Shown: piece after piece, positions 62,135 to 64,000 of the stretch | Layout: each line of letters starts with the position of its first letter | Numbering within the stretch: the first letter of the stretch is position 1 | NCBI GenBank assembly: GCA_033442325.1 | Contig: JAWQFM010000015.1 | Span: 435,735 to 499,734 of the forward strand | Source: Salpingoeca rosetta | Lineage: Eukaryota > Protista > Choanoflagellata | Length of the DNA stretch: 64,000 nt | Direction of reading: 5' to 3' | Translations under genes and position numbers: made by a program | The notes under the pieces: generated by a model | Database searches by the model: none | What the model saw: only the letters and a program-made list of their open reading frames with translations | What the model was told of the DNA's origin: nothing

Positions 62135-62467
62135 TGCCTTGTCACCCTGTGATGGGATATTCATCTCCTCCAACCCTATCTCCAACTCCACCTCCACATT
62201 TTCTGCCTCAACTTCTCCTCCCCCTTGGCCTTCCTTGCCAAACCTTCTGTTGATGCAGAGCATCACATGCCGCCGCTGTTACCTGCTGTGTTTTGATCTC
62301 TCGCGCTGGCTTGGGCTGGCTCGCATAACTGAACACCGAAGAACGACAGCAACGTGGGGCGGAGCAAACACAAACAAAGCCACAGACGGACATCCATCAC
62401 TCATCACACACCATCACTCATTACACACACACACACACACACATTGGCGCACACGCACCACACAGTA

Positions 62468-62724
62468 ATGAGCATTGTCGCGGTGGTGTGGAGGCTTGCC
62501 GAGCCAGCGAGTGTGCTGGCGGCAAGTGCAGAGGCGAGACAGCCGCTAGTGAACACGTGCGCTCAGCACTTGCAGAAGCAGTTGGAACGTAGTGGTGACG
62601 CGAACGCCGCGTTTCGCGTGTACCTGTTGTTTGATGATGGTCAGCTGCACGCACGCCATGACGTCCTGCAGATCTGCAGCCACATCTACTCCAGCTGTGA
62701 CGCCAACTTGCAGGCAGCAGAGAG

Positions 62725-62805
<81 letters not shown>

Positions 62806-63021
62806 GTCGTCGTGTCTGTCTGACTCTTTGAGCGTGCGATCGCAGGGTTGGTTGTCTTGCCGTGCTCATTCCCGTGATGTGTGATGCGACATGCCTTGCA
62901 GGTATGTGTATGACCTCTTGGTGGTACCAATCTCAGATGCGGATGAGGTGCCCTTGTGCAAACGCGCGATGCTGCTTGCGCCGACACTGTCCATGGTCTA
63001 CAACGAGCCAGCGTCGAGTAA

Positions 63022-63075
<54 letters not shown>

Positions 63076-63080
63076 GTGTA

Positions 63081-63125
<45 letters not shown>

Positions 63126-63574
63126 CAGTGTGTGTCTGTGTGTGTCTGTGTGTGTGTATCGTGCATTCCCTCTGCTGCTCTCTCGCTCTCTGCTCCTTCA
63201 CCTCTCTCCCTCTCTGCTTCTCTACCTCTTGTTCTTCCTCTTCGTTGCTCACTCCAACACACTGTGGTCCAGGTGATGTGCGCGCGCTGGATCAAGAGCG
63301 GAAGGCGGTTGGTGTTGCGCCAGCAGCGATGTTGGAGAGGGTTGCACATCAACACGACGATGCGGACAGAGAGGTTACTGCAGCTGCCACGCGAGACGTG
63401 CAGGCGGAAGCGCGTGTCTTCGATCACTGCTGTATGGGCGGTTCCTTTGACCATTTGCACAGCGGACACAAGCTCCTGCTCACGGCTGCCGCTCTACATA
63501 CGCGCACCTGCATCCACATTGGCATCACCAGTACGTTGTTTGATTGTGTGTCTGTCTGTTTGTCTGTCTGTCTA

Positions 63575-63639
<65 letters not shown>

Positions 63640-64000
63640 GCTTGTCTGTCTGTGCGCGCACTGCACTGCCAATCCCCGTCCCAAACACACGCACACACAA
63701 ACACACACACACACACATGTCCGCTGTCATCTGCAACCGTCTGCTACTCCTACGCTTCTCATTGACCACAGGTGGCAAATTACTCGCAAACAAGAAGCAC
63801 GCACATCTTCTTGAGGCCTTTGATGCCAGGTGAGGGCGCGTGATGGATGGGCGAGTGTGTGGGTTCAGGCGCAGATTGTGCTTCACCTATCTCCAACAGG
63901 GTGGTTTGCCTCACTGCATGTGCACCCGAACTCGCTTTCTTGCGGCAGGCGCCAGAGCGTGACAACGACCATGCACGAGCTCAATCCATCAGTGGACATT
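62468..64000 (+). CDS. Phosphopantetheine adenylyltransferase / CoA synthase-like (cytidylyltransferase family), 3' truncated by window
   Basis: Exons 62468-62724, 62902-63017, 63273-63530, 63772-63829, 63949->end. HxGH motif in MGGSFDHLHSGHKLLLTAAA..IGITSGKLLANKKHAHLLEAFDAR. Confidence 0.85.

Overview
Eukaryotic, gene-dense and intron-rich genomic DNA with (CA)n/(TG)n microsatellites in most introns and three N-gaps. The style and gene set fit a choanoflagellate such as Salpingoeca rosetta (inference; no search was run). I built 15 protein-coding gene models by hand from splice sites and reading phase: CAP-Gly coiled-coil protein, GT61 glycosyltransferase, PSMG4, CWC22, UQCRH, SmD3, MFAP1, DUF3228 protein, orphan polyQ protein, arylsulfatase, DnaJ/Zn-finger/ankyrin protein, Na,K-ATPase beta-like protein, a ~4400-aa type I membrane protein, a calmodulin-like protein and a partial PPAT/COASY. 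Most ORF-track entries are HT/VC translations of intronic repeats. Main points of interest: (1) a giant Reeler + cadherin-like surface receptor with a 12.3-kb exon; (2) a sense-strand repeat pattern, (UG)n after exons and (CA)n before exons; (3) a J-domain protein fused to a CHORD/Btk-like Zn module and ankyrins; (4) a Na,K-ATPase beta-like gene; (5) a PAN/apple-like domain inserted in a sulfatase; (6) a probable 2-nt microexon and three GC-AG introns. No rRNA, tRNA, CRISPR array or transposase was recognised.
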